A stretch of DNA of 64,000 nt from the NCBI GenBank assembly GCA_033764015.1, contig JANRJK010000008.1:34685-98684 (forward strand). The letters run 5' to 3'. Of this stretch, positions 19,725 to 28,307 are shown piece by piece (the first letter of the stretch is position 1; every line of letters begins with the position of its first letter). Origin of the DNA: Candidatus Sumerlaeia bacterium (GTDB lineage Bacteria > Sumerlaeota > Sumerlaeia > SLMS01 > JANRJK01). Below the pieces are notes generated by a model. It made no database searches. It was not told the origin of the DNA and worked only from the letters and a program-made list of their open reading frames with translations. The position numbers and the translations under genes were made by a program.

Positions 19725-21449
19725 ATGTCCCTTCCGCTCAACGAGACCCTCACCGACCACTTGGACCAGTGGCTGATCCCCGCCGCCCGGCAGGGCGGAG
19801 TGGAACCGCCGAAGCGCGAATCCTACCTCTTCGGCGCGCCCAAGAGCATCGAACTGGGAGACGTCGCGACGAGCGCGGCGCTGTCGCTGGGCAAGCTGCT
19901 CAAGCGCAAGCCGCTGGAGGTCGCCGCGGAGATCGCCGCGCACATGGCGCTGTCGCCGCTGGTGTCGTCCGCGGAGCCCGCGGCGCCCGGCTTCGTCAAC
20001 CTGCGCCTCTCCCCCGCCGCCTACGGGCGCGTCTTGGCGGACGCGGCTGCGGAGGGCGACCACTACGGCGAAACCAGCTACGGACGGGGCCGGCGCATCC
20101 TGCTCGAATTCGTGTCCGCCAACCCGACAGGCCCCATGCACGTCGGCCACCTGCGCCACGCGGTGAGCGGCGACGTCCTCGCGCGGATCCTGTCCGCGGC
20201 GGGCTATGCGGTGACGCGGGAGTTCTACATCAACGACGCCGGCAACCAGGTCCAGACTCTGGGCCGCTCCTTCCGCACGCGCTGCCTGCAGGCGGTCGGC
20301 GAGGCCGCGCAGATCGAGGAAGGGATGTATCCCGGCGAGTACCTCGAAGTGCTCGCGCGTGAGTTCGTCGCCGAGGCGGGCCTCGACGCCGCCGCGATCC
20401 GCGCCATGCCCGACGCGGACATCGCCTGGGAGGCGCGCAACCGCTGCCTGGTGCTCGTCCGCCGCGACCTCGCGGGGCTGGGCGTCGAGTTCCACAACTT
20501 CGTCAGCGAGAAGGCCCTCTACGACAACGGCACCGTGGCAGCCACCGTCGAACGGCTGAAGGCCAGCGGGGCGACGTTCGAGAAGGAGGGCGCGGTCTGG
20601 CTGCGCACCACCGACGACGGCGACGACCAGGACCGCGTCCTCGTCAAGAGCGACGGCTCGCTGACGTACCTCGTGCCCGACCTCGCGTACCACGCCGACA
20701 AGTTCGACCGCGGGTTCGACGGCTGCATCAACATGTTCGGCGCGGACCATATCGGGTACGCGGCGCGGTTGCGCTCCGGAATCAAGGCCCTCGGACACGA
20801 CCCGTCGAAACTCGAGATCGTCACGCTCCGCCTCGTGTTCCTGCTCGACGAGAAGGGCGAGCGCACGAAAGGCAGCAAGCGCAAGGGCGACATTGTCGAG
20901 GCGATGGAAGTGGCGCGAGACGTCGGCATGGACGCGGCCCGCTTCTTCCTCCTCGCGCGGTCGACCGACTCGGAGATCGAGTTCGACCTCGCGCTGGCGC
21001 GCCAGCAGTCCGACCTCAACCCCGTCTTCAAGGCGCAATACGCGCACGCGCGCGTCTGCTCGGTGGTGGCGAAGGCGCGCGAGGCGGGGTTCACCGCCGC
21101 CGAGCCCTCGCCTGCCGCCGCCGCGCATCTGGGGCACGCGATCGAACGCGAGCTGCTGCTCGCGGTGGCCGAACTGCCCCGCCTCGTGGAGCGCAGCGCC
21201 GCCGAACACGCCCCGCACCACCTGACGCGCTATGCGTTGGGGCTCGCCGAGCTGTGGAACCGCTACTGGTCCGCGGCAAAGACGGACGACTCGCTCCGAA
21301 TCCTGCAGCCGGACCGCCCGGAGCAGACGGCGGCGCGCCTGCGGTTGGCGGTGTCGGTGCGGCAGGCGCTGCGGAACAGCTTGGCGCTGTTGGGCATCTC
21401 GGCGCCCGAGCGGCTGGAGCGGGCGGTGGTCGATGATGTCGTCGAGTAA
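19725..21449 (+). CDS. argS: Arginine--tRNA ligase
   Basis: EFVSANPTGPMHVGH, EFYINDAGNQ, GADH.GY, SKRKG, NPVF..QYAHAR, LGISAPERL. Confidence 0.97.
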   Translation: MSLPLNETLTDHLDQWLIPAARQGGVEPPKRESYLFGAPKSIELGDVATSAALSLGKLLKRKPLEVAAEIAAHMALSPLVSSAEPAAPGFVNLRLSPAAYGRVLADAAAEGDHYGETSYGRGRRILLEFVSANPTGPMHVGHLRHAVSGDVLARILSAAGYAVTREFYINDAGNQVQTLGRSFRTRCLQAVGEAAQIEEGMYPGEYLEVLAREFVAEAGLDAAAIRAMPDADIAWEARNRCLVLVRRDLAGLGVEFHNFVSEKALYDNGTVAATVERLKASGATFEKEGAVWLRTTDDGDDQDRVLVKSDGSLTYLVPDLAYHADKFDRGFDGCINMFGADHIGYAARLRSGIKALGHDPSKLEIVTLRLVFLLDEKGERTKGSKRKGDIVEAMEVARDVGMDAARFFLLARSTDSEIEFDLALARQQSDLNPVFKAQYAHARVCSVVAKAREAGFTAAEPSPAAAAHLGHAIERELLLAVAELPRLVERSAAEHAPHHLTRYALGLAELWNRYWSAAKTDDSLRILQPDRPEQTAARLRLAVSVRQALRNSLALLGISAPERLERAVVDDVVE

Positions 21450-21831
21450 CCACGACCAAGGGCTTGGCCCCGCGGCTCCGGTGCTGCTTTCGACGGACAT
21501 CCCCGGCGCCTGCGCCTTCTGGCGGGATCGCTGCGGCTTCGAGGTCGATTGCTTCGGCGAGCCGCCACAGTTCGCGATCTGCTCCCGTGGCGGCGCGCGT
21601 TTGATGTACGCCCTCGCGCCCGCGGGGGCTGTGATCGTTCCGAACTGGCGCGTTTTGCCGAAGTGCAACAGCGCGTACATCTGGGTTGGCGATGCGGCCG
21701 CCCTCTATGCCGAGTTCCAAGCCCAAGGCGCCGCGATCGACTTCACGATTTACGACACGCCGTGGGGTACGCGCGAGTTTGGCATCCAGGACCCGGATGG
21801 TCACGACATCGCCTTCGGCCAGATTCTCTGA
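21433..21831 (+). CDS. VOC (glyoxalase/bleomycin resistance) family protein
   Basis: APVL...DI....FW, AYIWV.D, DTPWGTREFGIQDPDGH.IAFGQ; overlaps the argS end. Confidence 0.88.
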   Translation: MMSSSNHDQGLGPAAPVLLSTDIPGACAFWRDRCGFEVDCFGEPPQFAICSRGGARLMYALAPAGAVIVPNWRVLPKCNSAYIWVGDAAALYAEFQAQGAAIDFTIYDTPWGTREFGIQDPDGHDIAFGQIL

Positions 21832-21840
21832 AAACGAGTG

Positions 21841-21867
21841 ACGGCCCCGGCGGATCGCCGGGGCCGT
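21841..21867. terminator. Hairpin between convergent genes (probable bidirectional terminator)
   Basis: ACGGCCCCGGCG-GAT-CGCCGGGGCCGT, 12-bp stem followed by TCTGTT. Confidence 0.7.
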
Positions 21868-21898
21868 TCTGTTGTCGGGGGTTCGGCGCGGGGCCGGG

Positions 21899-24559
21899 TT
21901 ACTCGAGCATCATCCAGTTCTTGCTGGCGGACGCGGGGGAATCGTCGAGGCGCACACCGAATGCGCGGTAGCGCTCCGTGGCGGTAAGTTGACCGAGATT
22001 CGTCGCCGCGCCGGTGGATGGATCGAACTCGACCAGATCCGTGCCGGCGGTGGAGTCGAGGTAGGCGGCAAGAATGCGGTTCTGGAGCGGATCGTAGTCC
22101 CAGGCGAAGAAGAAGCCCGTGTTCGCGGCCACCGAAGCGGCCACAAGCGTCGAGGCGCCGGTCGCCACGTTCAGCGTGTAGAAGTCGTTGTCGAAGTCCG
22201 GCGACGGACCGAAGCCGGCAGCGTAGCCATTGCCCGCCGGATCGATCGCCAAGGCCGTAAAGTCGAGCGTCGTCGCGATGTTCGTGTAGACGCCTGTGGA
22301 GAGATTCACAGTGCCGATGCGGCCCGCCGCGAACGTGTTGAAGTCGAACAGCAGGATGTACATCTGGTCGTTCGCGAAGTTGTACTCGAAGTCGATCGGG
22401 AAGAAGTCCGTCGGAAGACCTGTCAGCGGCGGGCCTGTCGTGATCGCGCCGGTATCGGGGTTGATCGTCTCAAGGTTGCCGGTGTTCCCGTTCCAAGCGA
22501 CGAACTCGTCCAGATTCGACCCGTTGAAATCGCCGCCGTTGTAGAAGTCGGCCGGATCGGCGAAGCCGGAGAGGCCCGCTTTAGCAGCGTTCGACGTGTC
22601 AACTACGACGAAGCGGCGGAGCGTGCGGTCCTCGGCGAGCGCGAAGTTGGCCGGGGGGGGGAAGTCGTCGTCGGTGATCGTGCCCGTGGCCACATCGTCG
22701 CCGAAGAGGGCGTTGAACGGGTCGGACAGGTTCGAGAGGGTCATGGTGAAGGTTTCGGCGCCCTCTAGCAGCGTGTCCTGGGCGACGGGCACGTCGATGG
22801 TGAACGTCTGCGCTGCGGGTCCGGCGACGCTCGGGATGTTGAGGATGCCGCTGGTGGCGGTGTAGTCCCCGGGCTCCGTGGCGGTGCCGTTCGACGTCTC
22901 GTACTCGAGCGAGATCGCCGCGCCGGAGGTGTTCGGCGGATCGACGGTGACGGTGAAGGTGATATCCCCCGCGCCCTCCGCCGCCGAGGCGTCCGCGACG
23001 CTGACCTGCGCGATGCCTGCGGGGAGCGAGCCTTGGCAGATCTGGATGTTGTCGATGATGGCGAACCACGCCCATTCCGACACGTACCGGAAGCGGACTT
23101 GGAGGTTGGTTGCGGATCCGAGCGGGAACGTGTCGGTCTCGAACCGGAGGTTGCCGCCGGTGGAGGCGGTCGCCGGGGTCGACGCGTTGAAGGTCGCCAC
23201 CGTGTTCCAAGTCGTGCCGTTCGGGGACCACTCGACGGCGAGGAACTCAGCCGGATCGCCCACATCGCGATACTGGACGTCGAAGGCCACCTTGGCGAAC
23301 TCGCCGGTCACGGCGACCGATGGTGAAACCAACGACGTGTCGCCGGTGGAGCCATTGCCGGCCGCATCGGAGTCGGCGATGGCGAACGGGGCGACGATCG
23401 GCGCTGTTGTCGTGTACGTCGTCGTGCTGTAGGAGACCGGGTTCTGGAACTCCCACACGACGCCGAAGGTGTCGTCGTCCACGACGGTCCAACCGGCGGG
23501 CGGCGTGGTGCCGCTCGCGGTCGCGAAATCCTGAGTGGCGCCGCAGGTGAAGTCGTCGTCCTGGATGGTGCCGTTGGCGACGCCATCGTTGAGGAATGCC
23601 GCGCCGCTGCCCGCGTTGACGAGGTTGGAGAACGTGACGGTGAACGCCTCGTCCGCCTCCGGGAAGCTATCGGCGAACACGTCGACCGTGAAGTTCCGCG
23701 AAGTGGCCACTCCGTCGGCGGTGAAGGTGAAGGTACCCGTAAACGGCGTCGAGATGTCCGTCGAATCGGTCGAGCCCACTGGTGTGATCGTGTAGTCGAC
23801 CGTGAAGTTGTCGGTCGGCGCCGGGGTGGCCGTAACGGCGAAGTTGAAGGGTGTGGTGCCGCCGCCGGAGCCTTCGGCCTGTGACAGGTTCGCGACGTTC
23901 ACGGCGTTTCCGAAGTTGCCTTCGACACGGACATTGTCAACGAGCCACCACCAGGAGAAGTCGCCGGTCCAACGGAAGCGGACACGGCAGGCTGCGCCGG
24001 CGGCCAAAGCCTCCGTTGTGATGTCGATGTCCGCCGCAGCGACCGCGGTGATCGTGCTCGTCGTGTTGGCGCCGACGGTGGCCGTGCCCGAGGCCGCCTG
24101 CCCTGGATTCGACGGCGCCACCCAAGCGGTACCGTTGAACACCTCCACCTCCCACGCACCGCCAAAGCCGCTACGGAAGTGGTGATCGAACTTGAGCTTC
24201 ACCGAAGCCGCGCCGGTCGCGTCGAAGGCGGCGGACTCCAAGGCAGTGTCCTCGCCACCGGACAGGCCGAGGCCGTCCGAGTCGAACGCCGCGAAGTTGC
24301 CGGCGAAGGGCGGGCTAACGGCCGTGACTGTGAACGGGCGGGAGTTGGAGAACTCCCAAAGGCCCGAGCTGCCAACGAGGTCGTTGTTCGTCCAATTCAA
24401 GGGCGGGGTGGTGCCCGACGCGGTGGAGAAGTCCTCCGAGAGGAGGACGGTCTGGGCTTGGAGGGGGGCGGCGGCGAGCGCCGCGAACGCCGCGGCGGCC
24501 GCTAGTGCGCGACGGAGCCGCGTCCGGGTGACGCGGGGAAAATGATACGTGGAAGCCAT
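21899..24559 (-). CDS. Large secreted/surface protein with two Calx-beta domains and duplicated beta-sandwich modules
   Basis: Signal peptide ending PLQA-Q. Calx-beta motifs (D..PEADEAFTV...ANGTIQDDD; TSNGTA....DY...EGAETFT...ATGTITDDD). Repeated F(S/A)TASGTTPP..W. T/G/D/N-rich. Confidence 0.85.
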   Translation of the reverse strand: MASTYHFPRVTRTRLRRALAAAAAFAALAAAPLQAQTVLLSEDFSTASGTTPPLNWTNNDLVGSSGLWEFSNSRPFTVTAVSPPFAGNFAAFDSDGLGLSGGEDTALESAAFDATGAASVKLKFDHHFRSGFGGAWEVEVFNGTAWVAPSNPGQAASGTATVGANTTSTITAVAAADIDITTEALAAGAACRVRFRWTGDFSWWWLVDNVRVEGNFGNAVNVANLSQAEGSGGGTTPFNFAVTATPAPTDNFTVDYTITPVGSTDSTDISTPFTGTFTFTADGVATSRNFTVDVFADSFPEADEAFTVTFSNLVNAGSGAAFLNDGVANGTIQDDDFTCGATQDFATASGTTPPAGWTVVDDDTFGVVWEFQNPVSYSTTTYTTTAPIVAPFAIADSDAAGNGSTGDTSLVSPSVAVTGEFAKVAFDVQYRDVGDPAEFLAVEWSPNGTTWNTVATFNASTPATASTGGNLRFETDTFPLGSATNLQVRFRYVSEWAWFAIIDNIQICQGSLPAGIAQVSVADASAAEGAGDITFTVTVDPPNTSGAAISLEYETSNGTATEPGDYTATSGILNIPSVAGPAAQTFTIDVPVAQDTLLEGAETFTMTLSNLSDPFNALFGDDVATGTITDDDFPPPANFALAEDRTLRRFVVVDTSNAAKAGLSGFADPADFYNGGDFNGSNLDEFVAWNGNTGNLETINPDTGAITTGPPLTGLPTDFFPIDFEYNFANDQMYILLFDFNTFAAGRIGTVNLSTGVYTNIATTLDFTALAIDPAGNGYAAGFGPSPDFDNDFYTLNVATGASTLVAASVAANTGFFFAWDYDPLQNRILAAYLDSTAGTDLVEFDPSTGAATNLGQLTATERYRAFGVRLDDSPASASKNWMMLE

Positions 24560-24783
24560 GAGGTTCCTCTCTGGCTGGGGGGTATTCCCTGGGCCCGAGG
24601 GGCCGTCGGAAATGATCAATGATGAACCAGTCTGGCGCCAAATCGTCCTCCACGCAATCAATTATTGTGGCGACTAAAGCTTTTTAGAAGTCCCCGGGAA
24701 ACGCGCGGATTCCGCCGCCGCAGCCCCCGCCTCGAGGCGAAGGGGAAGGCGAATCGCGAGGCCACCTCCAAGGATGTTACGTC

Positions 24784-24956
24784 CATTAGGCGCGCGTGAA
24801 CCTCCAGTAAGTTCTTTCCTGCCAGATACTTGCACTGGGGACCCGTGTTCCGGATGGGTCTTCGCTTCACTGTTGACCGCTTGCGGCGCGCGGTGTCTCT
24901 AAATGAGTTTACCCCGGCGGTCCCGGCTCGCGAGCCGGAGCCGTCGGGGTTTCGTT
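24784..24956 (+). ncRNA. Putative structured RNA upstream of rny (6S-like or cis-regulatory leader) ending in a terminator-like hairpin
   Basis: Pairings seen by eye: GTGAA/TTCAC, CTCCAGT/ACTGGGG with inner AAGT/ACTT, GACCCGT/ATGGGTC, CGCGCG/CGCGCG. A long GC hairpin at 24911-24950 is followed by TTCGTT. Confidence 0.45.
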
Positions 24957-24993
24957 GCCATTCACCATTCCACCCGAAAGGAGCCCAAGCCGG

Positions 24994-26565
24994 ATGACCC
25001 CGATGGATTACCTGATTCCATTGTTGGCATTGGTGGCCGGGGCGATCGGCGGGGCGTGGTTCTGGGGCGGCCGGCAAGCCAAGGCGGCTTCGAGGGAACT
25101 CGAAGAAGCACAACGACTTGCAGAGCAGGAGCGCGCCCGCGCGCATGAAGAGGCGGACCGGATCCGAAAGGATGCGGAAGCCGAGCGCGAGGCGTCGCAG
25201 GCGGAAAACGAGAAGCGGTTCGAACGCGAGTTGGGGCGGCGCCGGAGCGAGATCGACCGGACGGAAGGCCGCCTCCGCAAGCGGGAGGAACAGCTCGAGC
25301 GTTCGGAGGAAAAAATCCAGAAGAAGCTCGACGAGGCCACGAAGCGCGAGGAGGAGGTGGCGGCGAAACTGCGCCGCATCGAGGAGCAGGAGACCCGCGG
25401 CGAAGAACTGCAGCGGGAACTCGTCCGACGGGCGGAAACGGTCGCCGGCATGTCCGCCGAGCAGGCTCGGAAGCTGCTGCTCGAAAACCTCGAAAACGAA
25501 GTCCGCCAGGATGCCGCGGCGCTGGTCCACCGCGCGGAGCAGGAGGCGAAGGAGCAGGCCGAGAAGAAGGCCCGCCAGGTGATCACCCTGGCGGTCCAGC
25601 GGCTGGCCAGCGACCACGTCAGCGAAACGACGGTTTCCGTCGTGACGCTGCCCTCCGACGACATGAAGGGGCGCATCATCGGGCGCGAGGGGCGGAACAT
25701 CCGCACCCTCGAGCAACTGACGGGCGTCAACTTCATCATCGACGACACGCCGGAAGCGGTCGTCCTTTCCTGCTTCGATCCGATGCGCCGCGAAATCGCC
25801 CGTCTGGTCCTGGAAGCACTCATGGCCGACGGCCGCATCCATCCCGCCCGCATCGAGGAACTGGTCGAGAAGACCGAACGGAACGTCCTCGATGCCGCCC
25901 GCGAGGCCGCCGAAAAGGCGTGCCTCGAACTGGGCCTCCACGACCTGCACCCGGAGCTGGTCAAGCTCATGGGCCGCCTCAAGTACCGAACGTCCTACGG
26001 CCAGAACATCCTCGCGCACTCCACGGAGTGCGGCCACATCGCCGAGATCATCGCCAGCGAGCTGGGCCTCGACGCCCGGCTCGCCAAGCGCGCCACCTTC
26101 CTGCACGACATCGGCAAGGCGGTCTCGCACGAAGTCGAAGGCACCCACGCCGCCATCGGCGCCTCCCTCGCCAAGAAGTACCGCGAGCGCCCGGAAGTCG
26201 TCCACGCCATCGAGGCCCACCATTACGAGGTGGAGCCCCGCACCCTCACCGCCATCATCGTCGTCGCCGCCGACGCGATCTCCGCCAGCCGCCCCGGCGC
26301 CCGGCGCGAATCGCTCGAATCTTACATCAAGCGCCTCGAGTCCCTCGAGGCGATCGCCAGCGGCTTCGACGGCGTCGAGAAGTCCTACGCGCTGCAGGCG
26401 GGGCGCGAGCTCCGCATCATCGTCCAGCCCGACAAGCTCGGCGACCAGGAGTGCTCGCTGCTCGCGCGCGACATCTCCAAGAAGATCGAACAGGAGCTCC
26501 AATACCCCGGCCAGATCAAGGTCACCGTCCTGCGGGAGGTCCGCAAGACGGAGTACGCCCGCTAG
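24994..26565 (+). CDS. rny: Ribonuclease Y
   Basis: N-terminal TM, coiled coil, KH (KGRIIGREGRNIR), HD (LHDIGKA), AADAISASRPGARRE, YPGQIKVTV; AAGGAG RBS. Confidence 0.97.
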   Translation: MTPMDYLIPLLALVAGAIGGAWFWGGRQAKAASRELEEAQRLAEQERARAHEEADRIRKDAEAEREASQAENEKRFERELGRRRSEIDRTEGRLRKREEQLERSEEKIQKKLDEATKREEEVAAKLRRIEEQETRGEELQRELVRRAETVAGMSAEQARKLLLENLENEVRQDAAALVHRAEQEAKEQAEKKARQVITLAVQRLASDHVSETTVSVVTLPSDDMKGRIIGREGRNIRTLEQLTGVNFIIDDTPEAVVLSCFDPMRREIARLVLEALMADGRIHPARIEELVEKTERNVLDAAREAAEKACLELGLHDLHPELVKLMGRLKYRTSYGQNILAHSTECGHIAEIIASELGLDARLAKRATFLHDIGKAVSHEVEGTHAAIGASLAKKYRERPEVVHAIEAHHYEVEPRTLTAIIVVAADAISASRPGARRESLESYIKRLESLEAIASGFDGVEKSYALQAGRELRIIVQPDKLGDQECSLLARDISKKIEQELQYPGQIKVTVLREVRKTEYAR

Positions 26566-26605
26566 ACACGCCGCCGGGGGCTTAATCCCTGCGGACCCGA
26601 CACCC

Positions 26606-26640
26606 CGCCGCCCGCGCTCCCGCGCGGGCGGCGTGTTCTT
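26606..26640 (+). terminator. Intrinsic terminator after rny
   Basis: CGCCGCCCGCGC-TCCC-GCGCGGGCGGCG followed by TGTTCTT. Confidence 0.65.
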
Positions 26641-26781
26641 GCCCGGCGCGCGGGGAGAGCGCGCCGCCCCATGGAAACCGCGAAATGTCTTGCCGCGGAA
26701 GGCGCCATACGGTTCCGTGGGAGGACGCATCGGGGAACCGAAACGCGGTCTCCACCGCACTCCACGCGACCTCTGGACGCC

Positions 26782-28290
26782 ATGACGCGCTACGATCTTC
26801 GCGACTCGGACTACTCCTTCAACGCCTCGCTGGACCCCTTCCTCGTCCTGAAGAAGATGGGATTCACGGAAAACTCCGTGTACCAGGAAGGCGACATCGT
26901 CCGCGTCCACTGCCCCATCCACAAGGACTTGGTGCGCAAGTCGCTCATCATCGATGTCTCGGAAAAGACCTACCGCTGCCAGTACTCGAACTGCGAGGCG
27001 CACGAAGGCGGCCTGCTGATCGAGCTGGTCGCGCTCTACTACGACTGCTCCATCGACGACGTGGCGCGGGCGCTCTTCGGCCAGGAGGACAAGTCCAGCG
27101 ACCTTCTGTTCCGCGGTGAAATGTTCATCAACCAGGGGCGCCACAACGAGGCGCTCCCGTACCTCGAGCAGGCGTGCGACCTCGATCCGCGCAACGAGGT
27201 CACGCGATGCAAGCTCGCCGCGCTGTATCTGGAGCTGAACCGCAAGGACGACGCCTACCGCGAGTACCTGCAGGCGGCGGAAAGCTACGCGGTCCGCGGC
27301 GAACTCGAGAAGACGCTCGCTATCTACAACATCCTCATCATGCTCCAGCCGGGGGCGGTGAAGGCGCGCAAGGAACTGGCCTTCCTCTTCTCCCGCATGG
27401 GGCGGCCCGACGCCGCCGCGGAGCAGATCAAGTGGGTGGTCGATTTCTACCTTAAGTACAACCAAATCAAAGGGGCGCAAGAGGCCTGCGAGCAGCTCAT
27501 CGAGCTCGACTCCACGAATCCGGTCTCCTACATCCTCCTCGGCAAGCTGCTCCACCAGGCGGGTCGCCGTGTGCCCGCGATGCAGAACTTCGAGCAGGGC
27601 GCCCGGCTGCTCCTCGAGCAATCCGACGCGAGCCGTGCCGTCACCTTCATCGAGGAAGCGCTTGAAGTAGCGCCGGGCAGCCCGCGACTGAAGGAAATGC
27701 TGGAGCAGGCCGAGGCGCGGCTGGCATCCGAGGCCCCCGCGGGCGGCTCGTCGATGGGCGCGCTCGGGCAGCAAGAGGAAGAATTCATCAGTTGGCTTTC
27801 GGAAGTGGACAAGAAGCTCGCGCTCGGCGAGGAGGTCGCCTTCGATCCCACCATCGCCCGCGTGAGCGGTCCGGTGAAGATCCCGAAGTCCGATCCTCCG
27901 CGCCAGTCGAAGGAATTGGCGGTCGATATCCCGCTCTTCGACGAAATGGCGGACGAGGAAACGGTCCGCGCGGTTTCGGACAAGCCGAAGGCGGCCGCCC
28001 CGTCCGCGCAGGGCGGCGCGCTCGGCACGCCGCAGAGTTCCGACAGCAGCGACATTTCGCCGGAGGACCGGCGCGTCGCCATGTGCCTGAACGACATGAA
28101 GGAACTCGACAACAGCCAGATCGAGGCGATGCGCCAGCAGCTCGTCACGATGTTCACCGACGTGCGGAAGACCTACGAGGACGGCCTGCTGTCCGACTGG
28201 GAGATGCGCACGATCAAGGACTTCTACAAGGCTTTCTGCATCGCCGTCGACATGCACCGGCGGACCGCCTCCGGCAAGTCCGCGGGCTGA
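26782..28290 (+). CDS. CHC2 (primase-type) zinc-finger domain fused to TPR repeats and a C-terminal helical domain
   Basis: CPIH-x17-CQYSNC...GGLLIELV......SIDDVARAL matches the DnaG zinc-binding-domain pattern; several TPRs follow; no TOPRIM domain. Confidence 0.7.
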   Translation: MTRYDLRDSDYSFNASLDPFLVLKKMGFTENSVYQEGDIVRVHCPIHKDLVRKSLIIDVSEKTYRCQYSNCEAHEGGLLIELVALYYDCSIDDVARALFGQEDKSSDLLFRGEMFINQGRHNEALPYLEQACDLDPRNEVTRCKLAALYLELNRKDDAYREYLQAAESYAVRGELEKTLAIYNILIMLQPGAVKARKELAFLFSRMGRPDAAAEQIKWVVDFYLKYNQIKGAQEACEQLIELDSTNPVSYILLGKLLHQAGRRVPAMQNFEQGARLLLEQSDASRAVTFIEEALEVAPGSPRLKEMLEQAEARLASEAPAGGSSMGALGQQEEEFISWLSEVDKKLALGEEVAFDPTIARVSGPVKIPKSDPPRQSKELAVDIPLFDEMADEETVRAVSDKPKAAAPSAQGGALGTPQSSDSSDISPEDRRVAMCLNDMKELDNSQIEAMRQQLVTMFTDVRKTYEDGLLSDWEMRTIKDFYKAFCIAVDMHRRTASGKSAG

Positions 28291-28307
28291 CGCGCGGCGG
28301 AGCGACC

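Noticed and set aside
26782..27100. DNA primase gene or phage/plasmid replication module
   Set aside because: Only the zinc-binding-like domain is present; no TOPRIM, helicase or mobile-element genes nearby.
24658..28257. 1199-aa minus-strand ORF
   Set aside because: Antisense shadow of rny and the CHC2-TPR gene; long stop-free antisense frames are expected at this GC content, and it shows no domain motifs.
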